Numbered from the stretch's first letter, positions 18,534 through 29,527 are shown. The stretch: 64,000 bases of DNA from Candidatus Aminicenantes bacterium (GCA_963702835.1 OY969762.1:750626-814625); one strand, 5' to 3'. The notes: generated from the letters alone by a model not told the origin. A program made the numbers and translations.

Positions 18534-20102
18534 GTGCCGGAAAAGATTCTGGAGACGGACGTCCTGGTCATCGGCTGCGGGATCGCCGGCGCCTCGGCCG
18601 CCCTGGAAGCGGCCAAGTCCGGCCTGGAGGTGGCGGTCATTACCAAGAATTCCGGGCCGAGGAGTCCAACACGTTCTACGCCCAGGGCGGCATCGTCTCA
18701 CTCGGCCCGGGCGACTATCCCGAGCTCCTGGCCGAAGACATCATCAAGGCCGGCGACGGCATCAACAACCCGGAGGCCGTCGAGCTGCTGGCCGGCGAGG
18801 CCAAAAAGCTGGTGGACGCCATCCTCATCAAAGAGCTCCGCATTCCCTTTACCCACAGCTCCTCCGAGCGCCTGGACTATGCCCAGGAGGGCGGCCATTC
18901 CCGGCGCCGGATTTTGCATGTCAAGGATACGACGGGGAAAACCATCGAGGAGCGGTTCATCCGGGCCCTGCGACAGCAGAAGCGGGTCAAGCTGCTCACC
19001 GGCCATACGGCCGTAGACCTCTTGAGCGTGCCCCATCATTCCAAAAACCCCCGTTCCTACTACCGCAAGCCCCTCTGTATCGGCGCCTATGTCCTGGACA
19101 ACGCCGCGGGCAAGGTCAAGACGGTTTTGCCCGCTCCACGGTCCTGGCCAGCGGAGGCTGCGGCGCGCTCTACCTCAATACATCCAACCCTCACGACGCC
19201 ATCGGCGCGGGCTACGCCCTGGCCTTCCGGGCCGGCGGCCCGCATCGTCAACATGGAATATATCCAATTCCATCCCACTTCACTCTACCACCGCGACGCG
19301 GACGGCTTCCTGATCTCCGAGGCGGTGCGGGGCGAGGGCGCCCGGCTCAAAAACCGGCGACGGCCGGACGTTCATGGAGAAGTACAGCGACCGCCGGGAC
19401 CTGGCCCCCCGCGACGAAGTCACCCGGGCCATCTACGAGGAGATGACCCAGAGCAATCCAGTTTCGTGCTCCTCGACCTGGCCTCCTACGCCAAGATCGA
19501 CATAAAGAAAAGGTTCCCCAACATCACCCGGACCTGTCTCCTCTACGGCATCGATATCACCAAGGAGCCCATCCCGGTCGTGCCGGCCGCCCATTACTGC
19601 TGCGGCGGCGTTCTGGCCGACCTGTGGGGCAGGACCTCGCTGGAGGGCCTTTACGCCGTTGGAGAAGTCTCCTGCACCGGCCTGCACGGCGCCAACCGCT
19701 TGGCTTCGACCTCGCTGCTGGAGGGGCTGGTCTGGGGGACCAGGGCGGCCCGTCATATCGCGGACCATCCCCCCGGCCCGGCCCTACAAGCCTTCCGAGA
19801 TCCATCCCTGGTATTATCCAAAAAACGAGGAAGATATTGACCCGGCCCTGGTCAACCAGGACTGGCTGTCCATCCGGTCCACCCTGTGGAATTACGCGGG
19901 CATCATCCGGACCCGAAAGAGGCTGGAGCGGGCCAAGGCCGACCTGGAATACCTCCAGCACCGCATCGAAAAGTTCTATCGGGAAGCCCATATGGACGAG
20001 GCCGTTGTTTCGCTGCGGCACGGCATCCAGGTGGCCCTTTTAATAACACATGCCGCCCTGAGCAACCCCGTCAGCCGCGGCGCGCATTATAGGAAAGATT
20101 AG
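18534..20102 (+). pseudogene. nadB: L-aspartate oxidase; reading frame broken by 6 single-base indels as sequenced
   Basis: The N-terminus (DVLVIGCGIAGASAALEAAK) is in frame A. Canonical NadB motifs continue in shifted frames (ESNTFYAQGGIV; STVLASGGCGALYLNTSNPHDAIGAGYALAFRAG; [26 protein letters not shown]; HPWYYPKNEEDIDPALV...SRGAHYRKD). Indels fall near 18653, 19126, 19237, 19355, 19459 and 19770-19775, mostly in homopolymers. Confidence 0.85.
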
Positions 20103-20215
20103 TCCTTTATTCATTCACCGCGGTAAATTGTTCAAGCCCTAGAATAGAGCCTTATTTTCTGCTAGTATAGGGCGATAATTTTTTGGAACATTCATAGGCA
20201 TAACGAGAGCTGACA

Positions 20216-23005
20216 ATGGCTGCTTCCAAGCCCGAAAAGCCCGACCTGAAGGGCACGCTCAACCTGCCCCGGACGTCCTTTGCCATGAAGGCTCAGCTCT
20301 CCCAGAAAGAGCCGGAGATGATAAAGAAATGGGAATCGCTCCGGCTCTATGACAAGATCCTCGAGGCGCGCCGCTCCGCCCCGGTCTTTGTCCTCCACGA
20401 CGGCCCGCCCTACGCCAACGGCCACATCCATCTCGGCACGGCTCTGAACAAGATCTTGAAGGATTTCATCGTCAAGTCGAAGACCATGCAGGGGCACCTT
20501 ACCGCCTACCTCCCCGGCTGGGATTGCCACGGCCTGCCCATCGAGATCAAGGTGGACCAGCTCCTGGGCCAGCGCAAGAAGGACATGTCCATCATCGCCG
20601 TCAGGGAGGAGTGCAGAGCCTACGCCCTGAAATTCATCGACATCCAGCGCCGGGAATTCATGAGGCTGGGCGTTTTCGGCGAGTGGGACAAGCCCTACCT
20701 GACCATGGACCCGGAATACGAGGGCGACGTCCTCCGCCACCTGGCGGCTTTTTTTGCCTCGGGCAACGTTTATAAGGGCAAAAGGCCCGTTTACTGGTGC
20801 TCCACCTGCCAGACCGCCCTGGCCGAGGCCGAGATCGAGTATAGGGACCGCCGCTCGCCGTCTATCTATGTCAAGTTTCCGCTCATTTCCGACCTGTCCC
20901 AGAAATATCCCAAGCTCAAGGGCAAGAAAGTCTCGGTCCTCATCTGGACGACCACACCCTGGACCATCCCGGCCAACCTGGCCATCGCCTTCCATCCCGA
21001 GCACGAGTATGCCGCTTTCGAGGTCGGCCCCGAGGTGTACATAGCGGCCAAGCGTCTCATCCCGCTCCTGGCCGAGGAGCTCGGCCTGGGCCGGGTAAAG
21101 ATCCTGGAGACCTTCGCCGGCTCCGACCTCAAGGGGCTCAAGGCCCGCCATCCCTTCATCGACCGCGAGTCGGTGTTTGTCCTGGCCCACTACGTCACCC
21201 TGGATACGGGCACGGGCGCCGTCCATACCGCGCCCGGCCACGGCCAGGAGGACTACTGGACCGGCATCGAGTACGGCCTGGACATCTACGCGCCCGTGGA
21301 CGAAAGGGGATGCTTCACCCCGGACGTCGCCCGGTACGCCGGACAGAACGTGTTTAAGGCCAATCGCCCTATTATAGACGACATGAAGCGGGACGGGTCG
21401 CTCCTCAAGGAAGCCGAGATCACTCACTCCTACCCTCACTGCTGGCGCTGCAAAAACCCGGTCATCTTCCGGGCCACGGCCCAGTGGTTCATCTCCATGG
21501 ACAAGAGCGGCCTGCGCCAAAAGGCGCTGGCCGAGATCAAGAAGGTCCGCTGGATCCCGGGATGGGGGGAGGAGCGGATGGCCAACATGGTAGCCAGCCG
21601 GCCCGATTGGTGCATCTCCCGGCAACGCATCTGGGGAGTGCCCATTCCGGCCTTCGCCTGCAAAGCCTGCGGCGAAGTGCTGGCCGGCGAGGCCATCTGC
21701 TTGCGGGCAGCGGACATCTTTTCCCGGGAGGGGTCGAACTCCTGGTTTGTTAAGAAGGAAGAGGAGCTGCTGCCGGAGGGGACGAAATGCCCCAAGTGCG
21801 GCTCGCGCGACCTGGTCAAGGAAAGCAACATCCTCGACGTCTGGTTTGAGTCGGGCGCCAGCCACAGCGTGCTGGGCAAGCGGCCGGACCTCCCCTGGCC
21901 ATCCGACGTTTATATCGAAGGCCACGACCAGCACCGGGGCTGGTTCAACAGCTCGCTCCTGGTCGGCCTGGCCGCCAAGGGGGGCGCCCCCTACCGGACG
22001 GTCATCACCCACGGGTTCATCCTGGACGAGCAGGGACGGGCCATGTCCAAATCCATGGGAAACGTCATCGACCCCGGGGAGATCATCACCAAGCACGGCG
22101 CAGAAGTCCTGCGCCTGTGGACAGCCATGCTCGACTACAGGGAGGATGCGCCCTTCGGAAACGAGATCCTGCAGCGCGTTGTGGAAGCCTATCGCAAGCT
22201 GCGCAATACCTGGCGGTTCCTGCTGGGGAACCTCTATGATTTCGCGCCCGATAAAGACAGCCTGGCCCTTGACAAGCTTCTCCCCCTCGACCGCTGGGCC
22301 CTGGAGAAAGCGGCCGCCGTGGGGCAGCGCATCCTCAAGGCCTACCAGGACTACGAGTATCACATCATCTTCCACACCATCTGCAATTTCTTCACCGTGG
22401 AGATGAGCGCCGTCTACCTCGATATATTGAAGGATAGGCTGTACTGCTCCGCAGAAACCTCGACTTTGCGCCGGTCGGCCCAGACGGCTCTTTTCGCCAT
22501 TCTGAAGGATACCCTGCTGCTCATGGCCCCCATCCTGCCCTTCACCGCCGAGGAAGCCTGGGAGACGATGCCCGCCTTCAAGGAAAAGACGCAATCCGTG
22601 CACCTGGGCCTTTTCCCCGCCTATGACCGGAAGTGGATCGCGCCCGGAGAGCTCGACGAACTGGAGCGGCTGCTCCGGTTGCGGGAAAAAATCCTCAAGG
22701 AGCTGGAGAAGGCCAGGGAGGAGAAGAGGATCGGAAACTCGCTCGAGGCCAGGGTCGTTCTCAAAGTCCCCTCCTCCGAAGAGCCGCTCCTGGCCCGCTA
22801 TCGACATGAGCTGCCTTCGCTTTTCATCGTATCGGACGTCGGCTGGGAAACGCATTCCGGCCCGGACACTGAAATCGCCGTCGAGCAGGCTCCCGGCCAA
22901 AAATGCCAGCGCTGCTGGAACTATTCGCTCGAAGTGGGGAAGAGCCCCGAGTATCCCGGCCTCTGCCGCCGCTGCCGAGAAGTGGTTGGAGGGAGGATGG
23001 GATGA
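20216..23005 (+). CDS. ileS: Isoleucyl-tRNA synthetase
   Basis: The HIGH motif reads PYANGHIHLGTA. KMSKS is present as KSMGNV. The C-terminal zinc-binding cysteines read CQRCWNY...CRRC. The ORF is an intact 929 aa. Confidence 0.95.
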   Translation: MAASKPEKPDLKGTLNLPRTSFAMKAQLSQKEPEMIKKWESLRLYDKILEARRSAPVFVLHDGPPYANGHIHLGTALNKILKDFIVKSKTMQGHLTAYLPGWDCHGLPIEIKVDQLLGQRKKDMSIIAVREECRAYALKFIDIQRREFMRLGVFGEWDKPYLTMDPEYEGDVLRHLAAFFASGNVYKGKRPVYWCSTCQTALAEAEIEYRDRRSPSIYVKFPLISDLSQKYPKLKGKKVSVLIWTTTPWTIPANLAIAFHPEHEYAAFEVGPEVYIAAKRLIPLLAEELGLGRVKILETFAGSDLKGLKARHPFIDRESVFVLAHYVTLDTGTGAVHTAPGHGQEDYWTGIEYGLDIYAPVDERGCFTPDVARYAGQNVFKANRPIIDDMKRDGSLLKEAEITHSYPHCWRCKNPVIFRATAQWFISMDKSGLRQKALAEIKKVRWIPGWGEERMANMVASRPDWCISRQRIWGVPIPAFACKACGEVLAGEAICLRAADIFSREGSNSWFVKKEEELLPEGTKCPKCGSRDLVKESNILDVWFESGASHSVLGKRPDLPWPSDVYIEGHDQHRGWFNSSLLVGLAAKGGAPYRTVITHGFILDEQGRAMSKSMGNVIDPGEIITKHGAEVLRLWTAMLDYREDAPFGNEILQRVVEAYRKLRNTWRFLLGNLYDFAPDKDSLALDKLLPLDRWALEKAAAVGQRILKAYQDYEYHIIFHTICNFFTVEMSAVYLDILKDRLYCSAETSTLRRSAQTALFAILKDTLLLMAPILPFTAEEAWETMPAFKEKTQSVHLGLFPAYDRKWIAPGELDELERLLRLREKILKELEKAREEKRIGNSLEARVVLKVPSSEEPLLARYRHELPSLFIVSDVGWETHSGPDTEIAVEQAPGQKCQRCWNYSLEVGKSPEYPGLCRRCREVVGGRMG

Positions 23006-23478
23006 AGCGCAAAATCCCCTTTCTCGTATTAATGGCCGCCCTGCTGGCGGCCGACCAGATCTCCAAAAATCTGGTTGAGCGCTTTATTACTCCGGGCAGC
23101 GTGGTAACGGTCATCCCCGGCTTCTTCAACTTGAGACACGTCCGCAACAATGGCGCCATCTTTGGCTTCCTTTCCGGGAACGGCCGCCCTTGGGTGTTCG
23201 GCGGACTCCTGGTCGCTTCCCTGGCTGCCTTGGCTTTTGTCCTGTTTTTTTTCTTTAAAATGCCGGCCGGCGAGAAATGGACGCTCACCGGATTGACCCT
23301 GATCATGGTCGGAGCCCTGGGCAATCAAATTGACCGGGTCTTCAAGGGCTATGTGGTGGATTTCGTCGACTGGCACATCCGGGATGCCCACTGGCCGTTC
23401 TTCAACGTCGCTGATTCCTGCATCACGGTCGGGGCCATCCTGCTCCTGATCATTTTTATTTTCAAGAGGAGACACTGA
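23002..23478 (+). CDS. lspA: Lipoprotein signal peptidase (signal peptidase II)
   Basis: The start overlaps the ileS stop (ATGA). Conserved LspA motifs include NNGAIFG and FNVAD, with 4 TM segments. Confidence 0.85.
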   Translation: MKRKIPFLVLMAALLAADQISKNLVERFITPGSVVTVIPGFFNLRHVRNNGAIFGFLSGNGRPWVFGGLLVASLAALAFVLFFFFKMPAGEKWTLTGLTLIMVGALGNQIDRVFKGYVVDFVDWHIRDAHWPFFNVADSCITVGAILLLIIFIFKRRH

Positions 23479-24278
23479 TGCTTCCTGCATTCAAACTCGG
23501 CCCGCTGACCATCTACAGCTACGGACTGATGATGGCCCTGGGGGTGGGCTTGGGGCTGTGGTTTGTCTATGTCCAGGCCAAGAAAAGGGGCCTGCCCGCG
23601 CCCCGCGTCCTGGACGCCGCTTTCTATATCCTGCTCATCTCTATCCTGGGGGCCAAGCTCATCCTCCTCTTCAGCGATTTCAGCCGCTACACCCGGAATC
23701 CCAAGGAGCTCCTTAACCTGGTCCGCTCGGGCGGCGTTTTTCAGGGTGGGCTCGCCTTCGGCCTTGTCTTCGCTCTGTGGTATTTCCATAAGCACAAACT
23801 TCCCACCTGGAAGATGGCAGACCTCATCGGCCCGGCCCTGGCCCTGGGCCACGCCTTCGGCCGGATCGGCTGCTTCGCCGCCGGCTGCTGCTACGGCCGG
23901 GCCTGCAGCCTGCCCTGGGGGGTGACCTTCCACAACCCGACGGCTGAGCAGATTACCGGAATCCCCCTGGGCCTCGAACGGCATCCCGTCCAGCTCTATG
24001 AGTCCGCCCTGAACTTCCTGAACTTCGCGATTTTGTTCCTGATCCTGCGGAAGAAGAGGTTCGACGGACAGGTATTCACCTTCTACATCATGAACTATTC
24101 GGTCATCAGGTTCTTCACCGAGTACTTCCGCGGAGACCACCCGGCCAAATCTTTTCTCATCAGGGGCGCGACATCTATCTCCAGCCTGACCTGGCCCCAA
24201 GTTTTTTGCGTGCTGGGCCTGGCCGTGGGGCTGGGGATGTTTTTCATCTTCAAGAAGCGGCATGCCGCCAAGCCTTGA
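23478..24278 (+). CDS. lgt: Prolipoprotein diacylglyceryl transferase
   Basis: The Lgt signature reads HAFGRIGCFAAGCCYG, with a multi-TM topology. Confidence 0.9.
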   Translation: MLPAFKLGPLTIYSYGLMMALGVGLGLWFVYVQAKKRGLPAPRVLDAAFYILLISILGAKLILLFSDFSRYTRNPKELLNLVRSGGVFQGGLAFGLVFALWYFHKHKLPTWKMADLIGPALALGHAFGRIGCFAAGCCYGRACSLPWGVTFHNPTAEQITGIPLGLERHPVQLYESALNFLNFAILFLILRKKRFDGQVFTFYIMNYSVIRFFTEYFRGDHPAKSFLIRGATSISSLTWPQVFCVLGLAVGLGMFFIFKKRHAAKP

Positions 24279-25170
24279 CCTTGAGGCCGGTCCGGCGGAA
24301 GCCGGCCGGCGCCTGGATGTCTTCCTGACCGGGAAAGCCGGAAGTCTGACCCGGTCCCAGATCAAAAAACTTATCGGACAGGACCGGGTCAGGGTCAACG
24401 GACGGAGCGGAAAGCCCGGATACAAACTCAGGCCGGGCGACAGGGTTGAGGTCGAATGGACGGAAGAAGAAAACCGCCGATTAGGGCCCGAGCCGCTTCA
24501 GCTTGACATTCTCTTTGCCGACGATCACCTAGTCATTATTAACAAGCCCTCGGGGCTCACGGTCCACCCCGGCGCCGGCCGCTGGAGGGGAACGCTGGCC
24601 GGGGGCCTGCTGGCCCGTTTTCCCGAAATGGGGGAGATCGGCCCGAAAGAAAGGCCGGGCATCGTCCACCGCCTGGACAAGGATACCTCGGGAGTCATGG
24701 TTGTGGCCCGCAGCCCGGAAGCCTACGCCCGGCTTCAGCGGATGTTCAAGAACCGGGAAGTTCACAAGACCTATCTCGGCCTGGTCTGGGGGAAGTTCGC
24801 CCAAAAAGAAGGACGGATCGCCTGGGCCATCGGCCGGCAGGCAAGCCACGGGCAGCGTTTCACGATCAGGGGGCGGAAGCCGCGGGAAGCCCTGACGCTC
24901 TACAAGGTTCTAAAGGAATACCAAGATTTTTCCCTTGTGGAGATCAGGCCCGTCACGGGAAGGACCCATCAGATCCGCGTCCATTTCGCCGCGGCCGGCC
25001 ATCCCCTGGCCGGAGATTCTCGCTATGGCCATCGCCGGCCGAAAACGAGCATCCCCCGGCTCTTTCTGCACGCCTATAAACTGGCCTTCGCCCATCCGGC
25101 CACAGGGGAGAGGGTCGAGTTCGTGGCCCCCTTGCCGCCGGAGCTCGAAGACATCCTTGATCGAACTTGA
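24262..25170 (+). CDS. RluA/RluD-family 23S rRNA pseudouridine synthase (S4 domain plus catalytic domain)
   Basis: The catalytic Asp motif HRLDKDTSGVMVVA is present, with an N-terminal S4-like RLDVFL. Confidence 0.8.
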   Translation: MPPSLDLEAGPAEAGRRLDVFLTGKAGSLTRSQIKKLIGQDRVRVNGRSGKPGYKLRPGDRVEVEWTEEENRRLGPEPLQLDILFADDHLVIINKPSGLTVHPGAGRWRGTLAGGLLARFPEMGEIGPKERPGIVHRLDKDTSGVMVVARSPEAYARLQRMFKNREVHKTYLGLVWGKFAQKEGRIAWAIGRQASHGQRFTIRGRKPREALTLYKVLKEYQDFSLVEIRPVTGRTHQIRVHFAAAGHPLAGDSRYGHRRPKTSIPRLFLHAYKLAFAHPATGERVEFVAPLPPELEDILDRT

Positions 25171-25273
25171 GCCGCAAGGGGCTTCTGGTGTAATATATTA
25201 CGCCTGCTGACTTTTTCCCAAGGTTGGCACCCCTAGACACAATTCCGTTTCAGGGCTCTTCGGAGGTTCGAGC

Positions 25274-27430
25274 ATGAAAGATTACGCCACCGACAGAATC
25301 AGGAACGTCGCTCTCACCGGCCACGGCTCCTCGGGCAAAACCTCGCTGGCGGCGGCCATGCTGTTTGACGCCGGCGCCGTGACCCGGCTGACCAAGGTGG
25401 ACAAGGGGAACACCGTCACCGACTACGACTCCGAGGAGGTCGAGCGCAGGATCTCCATCAACACCGCCGTCTGCCACCTGGACTGGAAGGACCATAAGAT
25501 CAACCTGGTGGATACCCCCGGGTTCTCGAACTTCCTGTGGGACACCCGGGCCGGCCTGCGGGCCGTGGACGCCGCGGCGCTGCTCATTGACGGCGTGGCC
25601 GGCATCGAGGTCAGCACGGAGAAGGTCTGGGAGATGATGGAGGAGACGCACCTCCCCCGCCTCATCGTCATCAACAAGCTGGACCGGGAGAACTCCAATT
25701 TCAAGACGGCCCTGGAATCCGTCCATCAGTTTTTCGGCCGCAAGGCCGTTCCCCTCCAGATCCCGGTGGGCGAGGAGAAAAATTTCCGCGGTGTGGTGGA
25801 CCTCATCAAGGGCAAGGCCTACTTGTTCGAGAAGGACGAAAGCGGCAAGTTTCAGGAGGCAGACATCCCGGCCGAGCTCAAGGAGGAAGCGGCCCGGCGC
25901 CGGGTGGAAATGATCGAAATGATCGCCGAGAGCGATGAGGCGCTCATGGAGAGGTACCTGGAAAAGGGCGAGCTCCAGCCGTCCGAAATTCTGGCCGGCC
26001 TGAAGAAGGGCATCGCCTCCGGCCAGGTTTTCCCCGTCTTCGCCGCCTCGGCCCTTTTCAACATAGGCCTTCAGCCCCTGCTCGACGGTTTTGTGGAGTT
26101 CTTGCCCTCGCCGGCCGCCGGCCAGGAGGTTAAGGCCCGGGTCGGGGGCCAGGAGGGCAAAGTCGCCGCCAGCCCGGAGGGGCCCTTTGCCGCGCTCGTC
26201 TTCAAGACCATCTCCGACATCTATACCGGCCGGATTACCCTGATGAGGGTCTTTTCCGGCAAAGTGAGCCCCGACGCCATAGTGACCAACTCTTCCAAGG
26301 AGACCGACGAAAAGCTGGGCGGGTTATTCTTCCTGCAGGGCAAGGAGCAGGAGCCGGCCGGCCAGGCCAAGGCCGGCGACATCGTGGCCACGGCCAAGCT
26401 GAAGGCGACTTCAACCGGCGATACCTTGTGCGCCAAGGGCCAGTCCATCATTTTCCCGGTCATTCCCTTCCCCGAGCCCTCCATCTCCTTCGCCATCGAG
26501 CCCAAGACCCGAGCCGACGAGGACCGCATCTCCCAGGCCACCCATCGCATTCTGGAGGAGGACCCCACGGCCCGCATCGAGCGTGATTCCGAGACCGGCC
26601 AGCTCCTCATCTCCGGCAGCGGCGAGCTGCACGTCAAGATCATCACCGAGCGGCTGAAAAAGCGTTTCAACGTGGACATCGAGCTCAAACCGCCCAAGAT
26701 CTCCTATAAAGAAACGATCAAAGGCCGGGCCGACGTCCAGGGCAAACATAAGAAACAGACCGGCGGCCGCGGCCAGTTTGGCGACGTTTGGATTAAGATG
26801 GAGCCGTTGCCCAGGGGCCAGGATTTTGAGTTCGAAAACAAGATATTTGGCGGGGCCATTCCTCGTAACTACATCCCCTCCATCGAGAAGGGCATCCTGG
26901 AGGCGCGCAAGAAGGGCGTCCTGGCCGGCTATCCTGCGGTGGATTTCAAGGTCATCCTCTATGACGGGTCCTACCATGAGGTGGACTCCTCGGACATTGC
27001 CTTCAAGATCGCGGCTTCCAAAGCTTTCAAGCTGGCCATGAAAGAGGCCAGGCCGACGCTGCTGGAGCCCATCATGAACGTCGAGATCTACACGCCCGAG
27101 GCCTTCATGGGCGACATCATGGGCAACCTCAACGGCCGGCGGGGCAAAGTTCAGGGCATGGAGCAGAAGGGCAATATGCGCATCCTCAAGGCCGTGGTGC
27201 CCATGGCCGAGATGCTCGATTTCGAGCCCACCCTGACCTCCATCACCGGAGGCCGCGGGTACTTATATGATGGAATACTCCCACATGGAGGAAGTTCCCT
27301 CCCACATTCAGCAGAAAATTATCCAGGAAGCGGTCAAAGAAGGCCGGGTCAAGCCGGAAGAGGAGTGAGGGCAAGGGGAGGGCAAGGGCGGGGCGGCCTC
27401 GCCCTGTCAAGCAGGCCGCCTGGCCCTTGA
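25274..27430 (+). CDS. Elongation factor G paralog (EF-G2-like), with a C-terminal 1-bp frameshift as sequenced
   Basis: The GTPase motif reads ALTGHGSSGKTSL...DTPGF...NKLD. After a 1-bp indel near 27262, the canonical EF-G C-terminus (MMEYSHMEEVPSHIQQKIIQEAVKEGRVKPEEE*) reads in the +1 frame. The true end is probably 27367. Confidence 0.85.
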   Translation: MKDYATDRIRNVALTGHGSSGKTSLAAAMLFDAGAVTRLTKVDKGNTVTDYDSEEVERRISINTAVCHLDWKDHKINLVDTPGFSNFLWDTRAGLRAVDAAALLIDGVAGIEVSTEKVWEMMEETHLPRLIVINKLDRENSNFKTALESVHQFFGRKAVPLQIPVGEEKNFRGVVDLIKGKAYLFEKDESGKFQEADIPAELKEEAARRRVEMIEMIAESDEALMERYLEKGELQPSEILAGLKKGIASGQVFPVFAASALFNIGLQPLLDGFVEFLPSPAAGQEVKARVGGQEGKVAASPEGPFAALVFKTISDIYTGRITLMRVFSGKVSPDAIVTNSSKETDEKLGGLFFLQGKEQEPAGQAKAGDIVATAKLKATSTGDTLCAKGQSIIFPVIPFPEPSISFAIEPKTRADEDRISQATHRILEEDPTARIERDSETGQLLISGSGELHVKIITERLKKRFNVDIELKPPKISYKETIKGRADVQGKHKKQTGGRGQFGDVWIKMEPLPRGQDFEFENKIFGGAIPRNYIPSIEKGILEARKKGVLAGYPAVDFKVILYDGSYHEVDSSDIAFKIAASKAFKLAMKEARPTLLEPIMNVEIYTPEAFMGDIMGNLNGRRGKVQGMEQKGNMRILKAVVPMAEMLDFEPTLTSITGGRGYLYDGILPHGGSSLPHSAENYPGSGQRRPGQAGRGVRARGGQGRGGLALSSRPPGP

Positions 27431-27596
27431 AGGGGTGTTGGGGAACCTGTTCTTTCCTTTAATCCAATCCGCAATAAACAGGCCAAATTGAATGTTGGAT
27501 GATCTGGATCTATCACGAAAAAAGATATGCTTTCGGTTTGTTGACATAAATTGTTACAATAATATAGTATGAATACAAACAATATCTTGCCCGATA

Positions 27597-29507
27597 ATGC
27601 GACGTTCTTTGCTTAGAGAGGCGGAAAAAGCGTCGCTGATGAGCGAAGATATATATCGGTGCTTAGTTGAGGGGGCGGGCGCGGGTATTGCCCTAGTGGA
27701 CCAGGAGGGCCGGATCACCCTCGTCAATCAAACCCTGTGCAGCCTGATCGGCTATCCCCGGCAGGAATTGATCGGAAAACCCCTGGCCTCCTTCCTCCAT
27801 CCCGATGACCGGCCTGGCCTTCTGTTGCTTTTCCACTCAAGACCCTCAAAGCCGGGGGAAAAGCTCAGCCTGGAGGTTAGGCTTCTGGCCAGGGCCGGCC
27901 GGGTTGTTCATGTCCATTCCACTCCAACGATCTTGCGCTTAAAGGGAAAGACTATCGGGTTCAACTTCATCTTCCAGGACATCACCGAACGCAAGCAGGC
28001 CGAGGAAACTTTGCGGGCCGGAGAGGAACGCTACCGTCTGATCTCTGAACTTGTCACCGATTATGCCTGTTGTGTGCGTCTGGGAGCAGAGGGGGAAGCC
28101 GCCGTCGAGTGGGAGACAGAAGCCATCGCCCGCATCACCGGCACCACGCTGCAGGAGCTTATGCCCCAGGGCTTCTTGGCCATCGTTCACCCCGATGACA
28201 GGGCTGTCCTGGAAAAGCATCAAGACTCATTGCTGAAAAACCAAACTTCTGAGTATTGCGAGTTTCGCCTCATCACCAAGAGCGGAAGCGTCAAATGGAT
28301 CAGCAATCACGGGCTGGCCGTCCGGGACAAGATGACCGGCCTGCTGAAGTACATCTATTATACCGGACAGGACATCACCGAACGCAAGCAGGCCGAGGAG
28401 ACCCTGTACAAATTATCCTCCCGCAATGAAGCCATCTTGGCTTCCGTCCCGGATCTCATCATGGAAGTGGACAACAACAAAGTGTACACCTGGGCCAACA
28501 AGGCCGGCTACGAATTTTTGGGAAACGATGTTCTGGGTAAGGAAGCCGCATATTACTTCGAAGGCGAGCAGTCAACTTATGAACTGGTGAAACCTCTGTT
28601 CGACGGAGCGGAGGAGGTCATCTATGTGGAGAGCTGGCAGCGGCGGAGGGACGGCGCCAAGAGGCTCTTGGCCTGGTGGTGCAAGACTCTCAAGGATGAC
28701 GAGGGGAACGTCACCGGCGCCCTGTCCACAGCGCGGGATATCACCGACATCAAACAGGCCGAGGCCGCCCTGCGCCATTCCCATAAACTTGAATCTATCG
28801 GCACCCTGGCCGCCGGGGTGGCCCATGAGGTCAACAACCCCATCAACGGGATTATGAACTATGCCCAGATCATCAAGGACAAGTTGGCCGGCCGGGACGC
28901 TCAGGCGGCCGAGTACGCCGGAGAGATCATCCGGGAAGGAGAACGGATCGCCGGAATTGTCCGCGACTTGCTTCAATTCTCCAGGCAGGAGGGTCAAGCC
29001 CGCAGCCCGGCCAGGGTCGAAGATATCGTGGAAAAGACAGTGTCCCTGGTCCGGGCCGTGCTGCGCCAAGATCAGATCAGCCTGAAGATCGATCTGGACG
29101 AGGGACTGCCGCCGGTCAGATGCCGCAGCCAACAGATCCAACAGGTTCTGATGAACCTACTCACCAACGCCCGCGATGCCCTCAACGAAAAATATCGCGC
29201 CTATAACGAGAACAAGAAGATCCACATCACCGCCCGTCTCTTAGAGAAAAAAGGCCTCAAACGGATACGGCTGACGGTCGAAGACCAAGGCGTGGGCATT
29301 CCGGCCGACAGCATCGACCGAGTTTTCGACCCGTTCTTTACCACCAAGCCCCGCGAGCAGGGGACGGGCCTGGGCCTGTCCATCAGCCACGGCATCGTCA
29401 GAGATCACGGCGGCGAGATCGAGGTGGAGAGCGAGCCGGGGCGTTTCACGCGGATACACATAGACCTTCCCCTGGATGCCGAAGACATTCCCCCCTCAGG
29501 GCTCTAG
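27597..29507 (+). CDS. Multi-PAS sensor histidine kinase (HisKA plus HATPase_c)
   Basis: Three PAS-like modules are separated by repeated linkers ([13 protein letters not shown], twice). The H-box reads [13 protein letters not shown], and N, D/G boxes follow (LLTNARDAL...DQGVGIP...GTGLGLSI). Confidence 0.85.
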   Translation: MRRSLLREAEKASLMSEDIYRCLVEGAGAGIALVDQEGRITLVNQTLCSLIGYPRQELIGKPLASFLHPDDRPGLLLLFHSRPSKPGEKLSLEVRLLARAGRVVHVHSTPTILRLKGKTIGFNFIFQDITERKQAEETLRAGEERYRLISELVTDYACCVRLGAEGEAAVEWETEAIARITGTTLQELMPQGFLAIVHPDDRAVLEKHQDSLLKNQTSEYCEFRLITKSGSVKWISNHGLAVRDKMTGLLKYIYYTGQDITERKQAEETLYKLSSRNEAILASVPDLIMEVDNNKVYTWANKAGYEFLGNDVLGKEAAYYFEGEQSTYELVKPLFDGAEEVIYVESWQRRRDGAKRLLAWWCKTLKDDEGNVTGALSTARDITDIKQAEAALRHSHKLESIGTLAAGVAHEVNNPINGIMNYAQIIKDKLAGRDAQAAEYAGEIIREGERIAGIVRDLLQFSRQEGQARSPARVEDIVEKTVSLVRAVLRQDQISLKIDLDEGLPPVRCRSQQIQQVLMNLLTNARDALNEKYRAYNENKKIHITARLLEKKGLKRIRLTVEDQGVGIPADSIDRVFDPFFTTKPREQGTGLGLSISHGIVRDHGGEIEVESEPGRFTRIHIDLPLDAEDIPPSGL

Positions 29508-29527
29508 CCGGGCCCCAGAATATTTCA

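Noticed and set aside
18534-20102. Programmed ribosomal frameshifting or recoding in nadB
   Set aside because: There are six separate shifts of both signs with no slippery heptamer or stimulatory structure, and the same pattern recurs in unrelated genes. Sequencing indels are the simpler explanation.
20192-22900. 902-aa ORF antisense to ileS
   Set aside because: Gly/Arg/Pro-rich low-complexity translation typical of the reverse strand of high-GC genes; ileS on the plus strand has all class-I aaRS motifs.
27975-28415. Direct repeats as a mobile element or CRISPR-like array
   Set aside because: Only two copies, both coding identical peptide linkers inside one continuous histidine kinase ORF. 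This is an internal domain duplication.
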